Below, piece after piece: positions 18,156-27,721 of a stretch of 43,975 nt of DNA. Numbering within the stretch: the first letter of the stretch is position 1; each line of letters starts with the position of its first letter. A program made the position numbers and the translations under genes. Source of the stretch: Candidatus Giovannonibacteria bacterium. Lineage in GTDB: Bacteria > Patescibacteriota > Minisyncoccia > JACPKW01 > UBA11713. Where the stretch lies: assembly GCA_023266875.1 (NCBI GenBank), contig JAHFOJ010000005.1:1-43975 (forward strand), written 5' to 3'. The notes beneath the pieces were generated by a model, which did no database searches, was not told where the DNA came from, and worked only from the letters and a program-made list of their open reading frames with translations.

Positions 18156-18288
18156 AATATATTCATACTAACTTTAATAAAGATGCAAAACTATGCAAAA
18201 GGTTAAAAAAAGCTGTGCATAACAGACGCCTAAAGAAAAACCGCGCCACAAACTTCGGCGATGCATTAAGAGAAAGCAAAAACTTCAC

Positions 18289-19401
18289 TTAAATCTTTTT
18301 AGAACGCCTCAAGAAAGCTGGGACAGCATCCCAAGTTTCATCAGCATCTTTCAAATCCGTCTCTTGTTCAGGAGTTTTAGATATAACATTCTCGCGTATA
18401 AGCGGCAGCTCTGATGACTGGAAAAGAGTCGACGCGCGCCCGAAACCCGACGGGAAACCGGAAGCGATTACGGTAACTTTAAACTCCCCTTTACGCAATC
18501 TTTCGTCTCTAACCGCTCCAAAAATAATTTTTGCTTCCTTGTCCACGTTCTCCGTGATTAATTTTGCAGCTTCCTGAACCTCCCACATAGACAGGTCGTC
18601 TTTCCCTGCAATAGTGAAAAGCACTCCGCGCGCGCCTTCGGCCGAAATTTCCAGCAGTGGCGAGTTTACAGCGAGCCGCGCGGCTTCCTGCGCCCGATTC
18701 TTTCCCGAAGCAACACCAATTCCGATTATCGCCGATCCGGAATTGGTGAGTACCGTGCGAACATCGGCAAAATCCACGTTAACAATTCCTGGAGTTATTA
18801 TTAAGTCAGTAATTCCCTCAACTGCGTGGCGCAATACTTCGTCACACATCGCAAAAGCCGTTAAAAACGGGGTGTCGCGTTCGACAATGTTCAAGAGTCT
18901 GTCATTAGGTATTGCGATCATGGAGTCAACTGACTTTCGAAGGCGCGCTAAACCTTCTTCGGCGATCCTTCTTCTCGTCTCTCCTTCAAACGCAAATGGT
19001 TTTGTTACAACAGCAACAGTCAACGCACCCAAATTTTTTGCGATGTCCGCGATAATCGAAATTCCTCCCGTGCCAGTGCCTCCTCCCATGCCGCATGTAA
19101 CAAAAATCAAATCCGCACCTCGGAGCATCTCTTCAAGCTCTCTACGGTTTTCTTCTGCAGCCTGCCGCCCAATTTCAGGATTCATTCCCGCACCCAAACC
19201 CCGCGTAATATTTTTACCTACGTGAAGCTTTTTGGGAGCGAGCGCGTTATGCAAATCTTGAGCATCAGTGTTGACTGCAATAAAATCAACTCCTTTGACT
19301 TTAGAGCGAATCATATGGTCGACGGCATTGCAGCCAGAACCGCCTATTCCAACTACCTTCAGGCGCGCCGATGTTTCAAACTCTGGTTTAACTTGGGGCA
19401 T
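18289..19401 (-). CDS. ftsZ: Cell division protein FtsZ
   Basis: GMGGGTGTG, NVDFADV, C-terminal VPAFLRR. Confidence 0.98.
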   Translation of the reverse strand: MPQVKPEFETSARLKVVGIGGSGCNAVDHMIRSKVKGVDFIAVNTDAQDLHNALAPKKLHVGKNITRGLGAGMNPEIGRQAAEENRRELEEMLRGADLIFVTCGMGGGTGTGGISIIADIAKNLGALTVAVVTKPFAFEGETRRRIAEEGLARLRKSVDSMIAIPNDRLLNIVERDTPFLTAFAMCDEVLRHAVEGITDLIITPGIVNVDFADVRTVLTNSGSAIIGIGVASGKNRAQEAARLAVNSPLLEISAEGARGVLFTIAGKDDLSMWEVQEAAKLITENVDKEAKIIFGAVRDERLRKGEFKVTVIASGFPSGFGRASTLFQSSELPLIRENVISKTPEQETDLKDADETWDAVPAFLRRSKKI

Positions 19402-19453
19402 AATAGTATGAACTAAGACTAATGGTTTTAAAATCGCGAGTCAAACTCCTATA

Positions 19454-20623
19454 TTAAGGGATGAAAGACTTAAACCAAGTGGCTAATTTTTGCTTAAATT
19501 GCGAAGGTTTTTTAGCCGCGATGCCGGTCTCTTTATCTTCATCAAGAACCAGCAAAGAAACTCCCAAAGCGGCCGCCCAAATCGGATCGGCTATCTTATG
19601 ATTAGTCTCGAGTACTGAATTTCGTCCGAGGCGGGCGGGTAAGCGTAGCGAATTTTTTGCGAAATCCGCAATTCCTTCAAGTCTAGACCCCCCACCCGCA
19701 AGCGCTGCGCCTCCAGGCAAAAGGCCGGATCGCGAAATTTTTTTGAGATGGGTTTCAACAAGTTCGAACATATCCTCCAACCTCGCCTCCACAATATTTT
19801 GAAGTTTTCTTCTGGTTATCTGCGAGGAATCTGGCATTTCAATTCCTAATTTTATTTTTTCCGCGGTATCGAGAGACACTTGAAATCCGAGCGCTATATC
19901 ATTTGTTATGTGATTTGAGCCGAAAGGGAAAACAGCGATTGAAAAAGGAAGTCCATTTTCAAAAACTCCCAGAGCAGAAGTGTCAAAACCTATATCCAAA
20001 ACGAGCGCTCCGACTTCGCGCTCGCGCGGGCTTAGAACAGATCTAGAAACGCCCGCCGGACCTACCAAAACATCATCTATCGCAACGCCGGATTTATCGA
20101 CCGCGTCTATCAAATCAGCAAGCGATTTTCTCTGGGCTGTAAGAAATAATATTTCCCCGTCGAGATTCTCTCCTTTCATGCCCGAGGGGTCTTTCGCGGC
20201 CTCAACACCGTCAACGTTGAAACCAAGGCCGATCGAATCTAAAATTTCTTTATTTTGCAAAGCGACGAGGGAGGAACGCGCCTGCTTTATTACCCTTTCA
20301 ATGTCGTGACTCGTCACCTCGCCATCGGCGCGCGACACCGCGACGCGCGCTCGCGCTTTTTGAAACCCGAGCGCGGTTGAACCAAAACATAAAAAAGCGT
20401 GGCGGAATGGTATCCCGCTTGTTCGTTCTGCAGACCGTACAGCTTCTTTAATTGATTCAATTACAAGTTCTGGCTTAATAATCGCGCCTTTGCGCACGCC
20501 TTCAGATTTCGAAAGTCCCGCCCCTAATATGCGAATACCCGGCAAGTCAGGCCTTCTTTCGGAAATTAAGGCCTTAACGTTTGCCGATCCTATGTCCAAA
20601 ACATTTACAATATGCCGCGCCAT
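19454..20623 (-). CDS. ftsA: Cell division protein FtsA
   Basis: LDIGS, GVRKGAI, GSNHITNDIA, IVEARLEDMF, LAGGG; directly upstream of ftsZ. Confidence 0.93.
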   Translation of the reverse strand: MARHIVNVLDIGSANVKALISERRPDLPGIRILGAGLSKSEGVRKGAIIKPELVIESIKEAVRSAERTSGIPFRHAFLCFGSTALGFQKARARVAVSRADGEVTSHDIERVIKQARSSLVALQNKEILDSIGLGFNVDGVEAAKDPSGMKGENLDGEILFLTAQRKSLADLIDAVDKSGVAIDDVLVGPAGVSRSVLSPREREVGALVLDIGFDTSALGVFENGLPFSIAVFPFGSNHITNDIALGFQVSLDTAEKIKLGIEMPDSSQITRRKLQNIVEARLEDMFELVETHLKKISRSGLLPGGAALAGGGSRLEGIADFAKNSLRLPARLGRNSVLETNHKIADPIWAAALGVSLLVLDEDKETGIAAKKPSQFKQKLATWFKSFIP

Positions 20624-20635
20624 TTTTTTAATAAA

Positions 20636-21034
20636 CTAAATAGAATATTTCTTAAGAAGTCTCGCTTCCACAATCTGCATGTTTCGAGCTTTTTTTAGAC
20701 CGCCTTCATGATCAAATCCAGCTAAATGCAAAACCCCGTGCAAAAATAAATACCACAATCTTGATTTGAAAGTAATTTTCTTGGCTTTAGCTTCCTTCCT
20801 TATCAAATCCGCGTCAAAAAAAATTTGTCCACGATATTCATCTAAAGCAAACGACAAAACATTTGTAGTTTTGTCTTCCCCGCGATAAGTTTTGTTTAAA
20901 GTTTTCATAGTTTCGCTTGAAGTAAAAACAAGTTCGAGCCTGTAGGAGCGGCCAAGAATTTCTTGTAACGCCTCGTCGAAAGGGAGGTCTTTTGTTATAT
21001 TTGTTTTTTTAAAATTCTTAAAAAAGAGCATCAC
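20636..21034 (-). CDS. ybeY: rRNA maturation endoribonuclease YbeY
   Basis: LNKTYRGEDKTTNVLSF and HGVLHLAGFDH. Confidence 0.93.
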   Translation of the reverse strand: MMLFFKNFKKTNITKDLPFDEALQEILGRSYRLELVFTSSETMKTLNKTYRGEDKTTNVLSFALDEYRGQIFFDADLIRKEAKAKKITFKSRLWYLFLHGVLHLAGFDHEGGLKKARNMQIVEARLLKKYSI

Positions 21035-21489
21035 TCGAGTAGCCGATTCAAGATCCGCGAGATTCGCTCTCCAGAGGCCTTGCCCCTTAAGACCGGCATT
21101 GAAATTTTCATTACCCTGCCGAATTCACTCTTTCCTTTGGCGCCGGCTTCGCGTATACCTTCTTTCAGAATTCGTTCAAGTTCCGCATCAGAAAGTTCAG
21201 GCGGTAGGTAGCCGGACAAAATTTCCATTTCTTTGTTTTCATTTTCAGCAAGTTCCGGACGATTGCCTTTCCTGAATTCTTCCGAAGCATCCCGGCGTTT
21301 TTTTACTTCAGAGCGGATGACTTCGAGCACTTCATCGTCAGAAAGGCCTTGATCTTTCTTCAAAAGCTGGATTTCCTTATTACATATCGCCGCTGTAAGC
21401 ATGCGCAACACAGATAATCTCGTCCGTTCTCCGGATTTCATTGCCTCCTTAAGGTTCTTATCTATGATTTTTCTAAGCGTTTCGCCCAT
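21031..21489 (-). CDS. yqeY: GatB/YqeY domain protein
   Basis: LKEAMKSG..LSVLRML..EVKKRRDA..YLPPELS; follows rpsU. Confidence 0.9.
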   Translation of the reverse strand: MGETLRKIIDKNLKEAMKSGERTRLSVLRMLTAAICNKEIQLLKKDQGLSDDEVLEVIRSEVKKRRDASEEFRKGNRPELAENENKEMEILSGYLPPELSDAELERILKEGIREAGAKGKSEFGRVMKISMPVLRGKASGERISRILNRLLE

Positions 21490-21710
21490 TATTCAATTTT
21501 ACCGAGTTTGCGAAGATATGCCATTTCTTTTTGCCAAGCTATGCGCCGCAATGCTTCCCGGCGTTCTTTGTATTCAGATTTGCTCCGTTCTCTATATTGC
21601 TTCGAGCGAATATCGATAAGAATACCTGAACGCTGAATCTTCCTTGTAAAACGGCGCAATAGGCCCCCAACTGACTCGTTTTCCCTTCGCTTAACTTCAA
21701 CTTTATTCAT
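21489..21710 (-). CDS. rpsU: 30S ribosomal protein S21
   Basis: VEVKRRENESVGGLLRRFTRKIQRSGIL; HIT-rpsU-yqeY synteny. Confidence 0.85.
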   Translation of the reverse strand: MNKVEVKRRENESVGGLLRRFTRKIQRSGILIDIRSKQYRERSKSEYKERREALRRIAWQKEMAYLRKLGKIE

Positions 21711-21734
21711 AGCAAATTTATACGATATTTTGGC

Positions 21735-22106
21735 TTAAACTTCAAGTTTTCCCGGAGAGCTCGGCCATCCGCCAAGCAAATGAAGGTGGATGTGGCTGAT
21801 AATTTGGCCGCCTTCCTGTCCTACATTGAAAACCAATTTATAACCGGATAATTTCTTTCCCTCCGCAATTTTTTTTGCTCCAAGTATAAGGCGTTCCGCG
21901 ACTCCTGCGTTTTCGCTATCCAAATCACTGACAGATTCTATGTGCTTTTTCGGAATAACAAGAATATGGACAGGCGCTTTCGGATTAATATCGTCGAAAG
22001 CCAAAACATCATCCTCCTCCAGAATAAATTCTGTAGGAATTTCTTTTTTGATAATTTTACAGAAAATACAGCTTGCCCCGTCTGAATTTTTAAGCGCGGT
22101 TTCCAT
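21735..22106 (-). CDS. Histidine triad (HIT) nucleotide-binding protein
   Basis: CIFCKII, DINPKAPVHILVIPKKH, HIHLHLLGG. Confidence 0.95.
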   Translation of the reverse strand: METALKNSDGASCIFCKIIKKEIPTEFILEEDDVLAFDDINPKAPVHILVIPKKHIESVSDLDSENAGVAERLILGAKKIAEGKKLSGYKLVFNVGQEGGQIISHIHLHLLGGWPSSPGKLEV

Positions 22107-22152
22107 TATAACAAATATTTATTAGTAAAAATTCGTGCGGGGTCCATATTTT

Positions 22153-23523
22153 TTATAATTGATTTAAATCTTCTTCCGAGAACTCGGCCTTTGGCATTCG
22201 CTTCGAAAACGGCACGCTTTTTAATTTCGAATGCAGACGTTCAATAACTTTGGCAAAAGGCAAACTTTCCTGCATCCCCGAATCCATGTCGCGGATTATT
22301 ACCGTTCCATCCATAGCCTCTTTCTGGCCAATAATTAAGCTGAAATCGGCTCCGACTTTCGATGCGATACGAAGCTGTCCGCGTATAGAATCTTTGGATA
22401 ATGACTGCGACAAAGGAATTTTTGCTTTTCGGAATTCTTCCATGAGGTACAAGCTCTTTTTCTTGGCCGCATCACCCAGCTGAATTAAAAATACGCGCGG
22501 CGGCTGACCTTTGTATTCTTCCAAATCCGCGCTTTGACGCAAAACTTCAGCTACCCGATCCACTCCGAATGCGCCGCCCACAGCAGGCACATGCCTCCCG
22601 CCCAAAACATCGCCGAGATAGTCATACCGCCCGCCGCCGCCCACCTCTAGGCGCCGTGCTGGCTCCTTTTCATTTTCAGGCGGGATAGTCACGATAAATT
22701 CAAAAACCGTGCGGCTGTAATAATCAAGACCGCGAACAAGGTATGGGTTTAAGCGATACGAAATTTCAAGCGTATCCATAAATTCCAAAACGCTCTTGAA
22801 ATGCTTCTTGCATTCGTCGCATAGATATTCAATCATCTGCGGCGCCTTCTGCTTCAACTCCGCGCAAGTCGGTTCTTTGCAATCAAGCAGCCGCAACGGA
22901 TTTTCTTTATATCTCCTTTTGCAATCCTTGCAGAGCTGATTAAAATGCTTTCTATAGTACGCGACGAGCTCCTTGCGGTAAATCGGCCTACATTCCTTAT
23001 CGCCAATAGTGTTAAGTTCAAGCGTCGCATCAATTTTTATCTCTTTAAAAATCAAATTGAACATCCGTATTGTGGTAGCATCCGCCACAGCTAGATCTTC
23101 TCCTAAAATATCGAGGTCGAACTGGGTAAATTCGCGGAAGCGTCCTTTTTGCGGAGACTCATGCCTGAAGCAAGAGCCGACAGAGTAAACCATAACCGGC
23201 TGGGGTTCTGACTGCATGCCATGCTCAAAATACGCGCGCATTGTGGGCACGGTTTTTTCCGGGCGCAATACTAAATGATCGCCCCCGCGCGAGCGGAAAG
23301 TATACATTTGCTTTTCGACCATATCGGTCGTGTCACCCAAAGCCGCTAAAAACAAATCCGCGTGCTCGAAAGCGGGCGTCTGAATTTTGTGATAACCGTA
23401 ATAACGCGCGAGCTCCTCCGCCCTCTTTTTAATTTCATCAAAAATAACTAAATCGCTTTCAAGCAAATCCCTCGTGCCACGGGGCGTCTTTAATAATTCT
23501 TTTTTGAATTGTTTTGATAGCAT
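22153..23523 (-). CDS. hisS: Histidine--tRNA ligase
   Basis: PRGTRD, LRPE, FRHESPQKGRFREFTQ, LVRGLDYY, GGGRYD. Confidence 0.97.
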   Translation of the reverse strand: MLSKQFKKELLKTPRGTRDLLESDLVIFDEIKKRAEELARYYGYHKIQTPAFEHADLFLAALGDTTDMVEKQMYTFRSRGGDHLVLRPEKTVPTMRAYFEHGMQSEPQPVMVYSVGSCFRHESPQKGRFREFTQFDLDILGEDLAVADATTIRMFNLIFKEIKIDATLELNTIGDKECRPIYRKELVAYYRKHFNQLCKDCKRRYKENPLRLLDCKEPTCAELKQKAPQMIEYLCDECKKHFKSVLEFMDTLEISYRLNPYLVRGLDYYSRTVFEFIVTIPPENEKEPARRLEVGGGGRYDYLGDVLGGRHVPAVGGAFGVDRVAEVLRQSADLEEYKGQPPRVFLIQLGDAAKKKSLYLMEEFRKAKIPLSQSLSKDSIRGQLRIASKVGADFSLIIGQKEAMDGTVIIRDMDSGMQESLPFAKVIERLHSKLKSVPFSKRMPKAEFSEEDLNQL

Positions 23524-23528
23524 ATAAA

Positions 23529-24080
23529 TTAATTTGCCTTATAAAATCCGGGCAAATAACCGAATCGGTTCGGAGGCCAAAGCCTGGTTAGCACGCGGCC
23601 AACTACTAAGTTTCGCGAGAGCGGCCCCCAAGCCCGCGAATCCGAAGAAAAAAGTCGATTATCTCCAAGCATGAAATATTCATTTTCTTTTAGAGTAACG
23701 ACGCCGTCTGGAGTGGTCAAAGTTTCTGAAAGATACGGCTCTTTTATTTCTTCGCGTTTTGAACCCTCATCAAGATACACCTTATTATCTTTAACCTCGA
23801 TGGATTCTCCCGGCAGACCGATTATACGTTTTATGAAAAACTTGGAAGTGTCCTGGGGATAGCGAAATACTATAACTTCTCCGCGTTCTGGGGCACGAAA
23901 ATTATAAGATAGTTCGTCTATTATCAAATATTGCCCATCATCGAAAGTCGGCTCCATGGATGCGCCGCGGACAATGAACGGTTGCGCAACCCATGTGCGA
24001 ATAGGGATTATGATAATTGCAGAAATTATTATGAAGCGCAGAAAATCTTTGAAAAAAGACCCTTTTGAGTGTTCTGACAT
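23529..24080 (-). CDS. lepB: Signal peptidase I
   Basis: GASMEPT, FIKRIIGLPGE, GDNR..SSDSR. Confidence 0.96.
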   Translation of the reverse strand: MSEHSKGSFFKDFLRFIIISAIIIIPIRTWVAQPFIVRGASMEPTFDDGQYLIIDELSYNFRAPERGEVIVFRYPQDTSKFFIKRIIGLPGESIEVKDNKVYLDEGSKREEIKEPYLSETLTTPDGVVTLKENEYFMLGDNRLFSSDSRAWGPLSRNLVVGRVLTRLWPPNRFGYLPGFYKAN

Positions 24081-24138
24081 GCATCAATAGTAATGAAACC
24101 GGCTTTTAAAATCAAGTTTTGATGCTAGAATTATCTAT

Positions 24139-24642
24139 ATGGCTGGCTATTATATAGTAGGGCTTGGGAATCCGGGGTCAGAATTTGACGGCTCGCCCCA
24201 CAACACAGGCAAATTAATGGCCGAGATATTCGCGGAAAAATACAAAGGCAAAAAAGCAAAAGTAATTCTTCCTGATACTTTTATGAATCAGTCAGGAAAA
24301 GCCGTCAAAGGGATCCCAGCGAAATGGTTAATCTTGCTTCATGATGATATTGATCTCCCGCTCGGGAAATTTAAAATAGTCTTTAACCGCGGTTCGGGAG
24401 GGCATAAAGGAGTTGAATCCGTAATACGAGCAATTGGTTCGGAAAAATTCGCGCGCATTCGAATCGGCATTTCCCCAAAAAAGAAACCGAATCATAGGGA
24501 TTTAATGAAATACCTAACCCGCAAATTCAAACCATCCGAATCTGCCGCTATCAAAAAAATATCTAAAAAAGTTTTAGAAGCCCTAGACTCGATCATCGCA
24601 GAAGGCCACGAAAAAGCGATGAGTTTATATAATAGTAATTAA
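24139..24642 (+). CDS. pth: Peptidyl-tRNA hydrolase
   Basis: IVGLGNPG, HN, FMNQSG, HDDIDL, GGHKG, RIRIGI. Confidence 0.95.
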   Translation: MAGYYIVGLGNPGSEFDGSPHNTGKLMAEIFAEKYKGKKAKVILPDTFMNQSGKAVKGIPAKWLILLHDDIDLPLGKFKIVFNRGSGGHKGVESVIRAIGSEKFARIRIGISPKKKPNHRDLMKYLTRKFKPSESAAIKKISKKVLEALDSIIAEGHEKAMSLYNSN

Positions 24643-24646
24643 AAAT

Positions 24647-24955
24647 ATGGTTGTGCGATTTTTTGACTCTCAAGTTGAAAAATTCATTCATTCTTTGGAG
24701 CACGAAACTATTGCCAAAGTTTTACGCACTATTGATCTCTTAGAATTATTCGGAAATAATTTAAGTCTGCCGCATAGCAGAAAAGTTGGAAACGGCTTAT
24801 TTGAACTCCGTATTAGGGGCAAGCAAGAAGTTAGAATTTTTTATACTTTCCATAAAAATGAAACTATACTTTTGTATGGATTTCTAAAGAAGGCCCAACG
24901 CACACCACAGAAAGAAATTAGATATGCCATACAAAAAATTAAAAAGTTGACTTAA
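24647..24955 (+). CDS. RelE/HigB-family toxin (Gp49-like)
   Basis: LPHSRKV..GLFELRIRG..RIFY..LLYGFLKKAQRTP; toxin-first order. Confidence 0.88.
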   Translation: MVVRFFDSQVEKFIHSLEHETIAKVLRTIDLLELFGNNLSLPHSRKVGNGLFELRIRGKQEVRIFYTFHKNETILLYGFLKKAQRTPQKEIRYAIQKIKKLT

Positions 24956-24975
24956 TATAACATATCCGTTATATT
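24947..24975 (+). promoter_or_regulatory. Antitoxin promoter with overlapping palindromic operator
   Basis: TTGACT-17-TATATT, 6 nt before the ATG; inverted repeat AATATAAC-N6-GTTATATT (24954-24975). Confidence 0.7.
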
Positions 24976-24981
24976 GGAACT

Positions 24982-25260
24982 ATGAACAATTATTCAAAAT
25001 TTAAAAAACAAATCTTAAAGAATCCCGCTGTTAAAAAGGAATATGAAAAACTCGGTCCAGAATTCGAGATTATTAGTCTATTAATAAAAAAGCGCATTGA
25101 TCAAGGGCTAAGCCAAGGAGAGCTTGCCGAAAAAATAGGAACTAAACAGTCCTCAATCTCCCGTTTTGAATCAGGAACATATAACCCTACAATAGATTTC
25201 CTCCAAAAAATCGCGTCAGGCCTAGATTCAAAATTAAAAATTTCCATCGGTGCAAAATGA
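24982..25260 (+). CDS. HigA-like XRE HTH antitoxin
   Basis: GLSQGELAEKIGTKQSSISRFESG..PTIDFL. Confidence 0.88.
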   Translation: MNNYSKFKKQILKNPAVKKEYEKLGPEFEIISLLIKKRIDQGLSQGELAEKIGTKQSSISRFESGTYNPTIDFLQKIASGLDSKLKISIGAK

Positions 25261-25307
25261 AAACAGATCAACAAAAAAGCGATGAGTTTGTATAATAGTA
25301 ATTAATT

Positions 25308-25658
25308 ATGGAAACTTTAGTCCTCTTTTTTCTATTATTTGGTTCAAGCAATTTAGCTTCCCTAGGATTTATAGGGATGATTTTAGGAAAAATAAAACTT
25401 CTAGGTAGTTATGCAACGCGATCTATTAATCCATTTGATATGTCGCGTAAAAATTTTGTGCGTCAAGGGATTCAAGCTAGATTATTTGGGGGAGGAATTT
25501 TCATCTTAAGTGTACTTGCCTGTTTATTTTTTTCATTTCTCTTGCATAAAAAACTGCCTAATAATGAGTCTAGAAATATAATAATTAGCATTCCTATGAT
25601 CTCAGGAATTATCGCCGGGTCGTGGCTCTATAAAAGGTTTGATCAAACAATTAAATAG
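25308..25658 (+). CDS. Hypothetical 3-TM membrane protein
   Basis: AT-rich ORF with three hydrophobic segments filling the gap before mfd. Confidence 0.6.
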   Translation: METLVLFFLLFGSSNLASLGFIGMILGKIKLLGSYATRSINPFDMSRKNFVRQGIQARLFGGGIFILSVLACLFFSFLLHKKLPNNESRNIIISIPMISGIIAGSWLYKRFDQTIK

Positions 25659-25670
25659 CAAATAACATGA

Positions 25671-27629
25671 ATGACCGGACCGCCTAAAACATATAGAGAG
25701 ATAATGATCGCCGCCCCTACCCCGTCTTTTCTGGAACGGGGCGATTTGCCATTGGCGGAAAAATTAGACGAATATAAAAATCTTGCCTTAAAAAATAATT
25801 TCTGGCGCAGAAATATTATTTTTATTGAGATTGGGCAGACGAAAAAACTCTCAGAGTTTATTCGCGAATTAACGGACATGGGATATGTCCGACATATAGG
25901 TGATTTGCATAAAGGAGAATTTTTCGGGCAAGGCGGACTTATAACTATTTATCCAATAAATTCTGAAACCCCAATAATAATCGAGTTCGAGGGAAACATA
26001 ATAGCGACCATACGCGAGGCTAAGATTATCCCTCACGAGAAGAAATTGCCTAAGATCGCAAAGCACGATTTAGAGCCCGGAGATTATGTTGTTCATGAAG
26101 ACCATGGGATAGGAACATACCGCGGCAAAAATGAGAACGATTTTCTTGTTCTCGAGTATGCCCCTGCGCGCGCCGGGGGCGAGGCAGACAAGTTATTAAT
26201 CCCTGAAAATATGGCAGCTAAGATATCTCCGTATCTTGGGCTTAAAAATCCAAAAATAAATCGGCTAGGAACTCCGTTATGGTTTGAGACAAGAAAGAAA
26301 GCTAAAGAAGATATAATCGCTTTTGCAAAAGAACTCCTAGTTCTATACAAAACGCGCTCTGAAATTAAGCGCCCTCCCTATGAGTCATCGCACTTCGAAA
26401 AAAATATTTGGGAGGATTTTTCCGCCGAAGGCGGATCCGCCTCTAGCGGAGAATACGAACTTACGCCGTCGCAAGAAGGAGCAATCGAGGAAATATTTGA
26501 AGATTTCGAAAAGCCCGAGCCGATGGAACGGCTTGTCGTGGGCGACGTCGGATTCGGAAAAACGGAAGTTGCCCTTCGCGCGGCGCTCAGAGTTGTCCTG
26601 AATGGGAAACAAGTCGCAATTCTCGCCCCGACAACGATATTGGCCGATCAGCATTCGCAAATATTTCGAAAAAGGTTAGAGAAAGAAGGAATTGAGATCG
26701 AAAGACTGACCCGTCTTGAATCAAGAGAAAAAACAAAAGAAATTTTGCATAAGTTACGGGACGGGAAAATAGATATTGTTGTCGGGACACATAGAATCTT
26801 GTCCAAAGATATTGAGTTTATAAATCTTGGATTGTTAATTATAGACGAAGAACAAAGGTTCGGAGTTAAACATAAAGAAATCTTGAAACAAAAATACCCC
26901 AGCGTGGATATTCTCTATCTTTCCGCAACTCCGATCCCGCGAACTCTGGCTTTTTCACTATCTAAAATTCGTCCTCTCTCGCAGATTACAGATCCCCCTC
27001 TTGGCAGAATGCCAATTAAAACATTCGTTCTGCCAAGAACAGAGAAAATAATCGAGGAGGCAATATCCCAAGAATTAAAAAGAGGCGGGCAGATCTATTT
27101 CCTCTCGCCGCGAATTATGAAAATGCCTTTTATCCTTGAAAAACTTGAGCATCAGTTTCCAAAAATTACAAAAGCGATACTCCACGGCAAAGTCGGCGAG
27201 AAACATTTGGTCAAAACAATGCGCGAATTTCGCGAAGGGAAAATAAAAATATTAGTCTCGACAACAATTATTGAAAACGGACTGGATATTTCATCCGTAA
27301 ATACATTAATTGTTGAAGATGCAACCCGGCTCGGGCTTTCGCAATCTCATCAGCTAAGAGGTCGCGTTGGACGAACAAATATCCAGGCGTATGCGTACTT
27401 TTTATATCCGTCCCAAAAGTTAACGCCAAAGGCCGAAAACCGCCTTGAAGCATTGCTGTCGTTTCAAGAACTCGGCGCGGGGTTTGAAATTGCAAAGCGC
27501 GATCTCGAGCTCCGAGGCGCGGGCAACATCCTAGGCCGCGAACAAACTGGAGTCTTAAATAAAATTGGGTGGAATTTATATTTCCAGATGTTGGGCGAAT
27601 CACTTGAAGATTTAACCGCGCCCGCATAA
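25671..27629 (+). CDS. mfd: Transcription-repair coupling factor, shortened form
   Basis: RID GDYVVHEDHGIG, GDVGFGKTEVA, DEEQRFGV, SATPIPRTL, QLRGRVGR, DLELRGAGNILG. Confidence 0.9.
   Translation: MTGPPKTYREIMIAAPTPSFLERGDLPLAEKLDEYKNLALKNNFWRRNIIFIEIGQTKKLSEFIRELTDMGYVRHIGDLHKGEFFGQGGLITIYPINSETPIIIEFEGNIIATIREAKIIPHEKKLPKIAKHDLEPGDYVVHEDHGIGTYRGKNENDFLVLEYAPARAGGEADKLLIPENMAAKISPYLGLKNPKINRLGTPLWFETRKKAKEDIIAFAKELLVLYKTRSEIKRPPYESSHFEKNIWEDFSAEGGSASSGEYELTPSQEGAIEEIFEDFEKPEPMERLVVGDVGFGKTEVALRAALRVVLNGKQVAILAPTTILADQHSQIFRKRLEKEGIEIERLTRLESREKTKEILHKLRDGKIDIVVGTHRILSKDIEFINLGLLIIDEEQRFGVKHKEILKQKYPSVDILYLSATPIPRTLAFSLSKIRPLSQITDPPLGRMPIKTFVLPRTEKIIEEAISQELKRGGQIYFLSPRIMKMPFILEKLEHQFPKITKAILHGKVGEKHLVKTMREFREGKIKILVSTTIIENGLDISSVNTLIVEDATRLGLSQSHQLRGRVGRTNIQAYAYFLYPSQKLTPKAENRLEALLSFQELGAGFEIAKRDLELRGAGNILGREQTGVLNKIGWNLYFQMLGESLEDLTAPA
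26421..26450. repeat. 30-bp palindromic in-frame insertion in mfd
   Basis: TCCGCC-GAA-GGCGGA + TCCGC-CTCTA-GCGGA, encoding SAEGGSASSG. Confidence 0.75.
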
Positions 27630-27721
27630 ATTGTTTGAAGAACTTTTGGAGGGGAAATAAAAAACACCTCGCGAGATCATTGACCTCGCGAGGCTTACTG
27701 TGCGACAAAACGATTGAGAAA

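Larger units (their letters stand above)
24611..25305 (+). repeat. 32-bp direct repeat of the pth 3' end (24611-24642 / 25274-25305) flanking a TA pair
   Basis: AAAAAGCGATGAGTTT(A/G)TATAATAGTAATTAA, 31/32 identical. Confidence 0.9.

Noticed and set aside
18156-18288. Cobalamin riboswitch or NrdR boxes upstream of nrdJ
   Set aside because: The region is short and AT-rich, with no B12-box or convincing NrdR palindrome.
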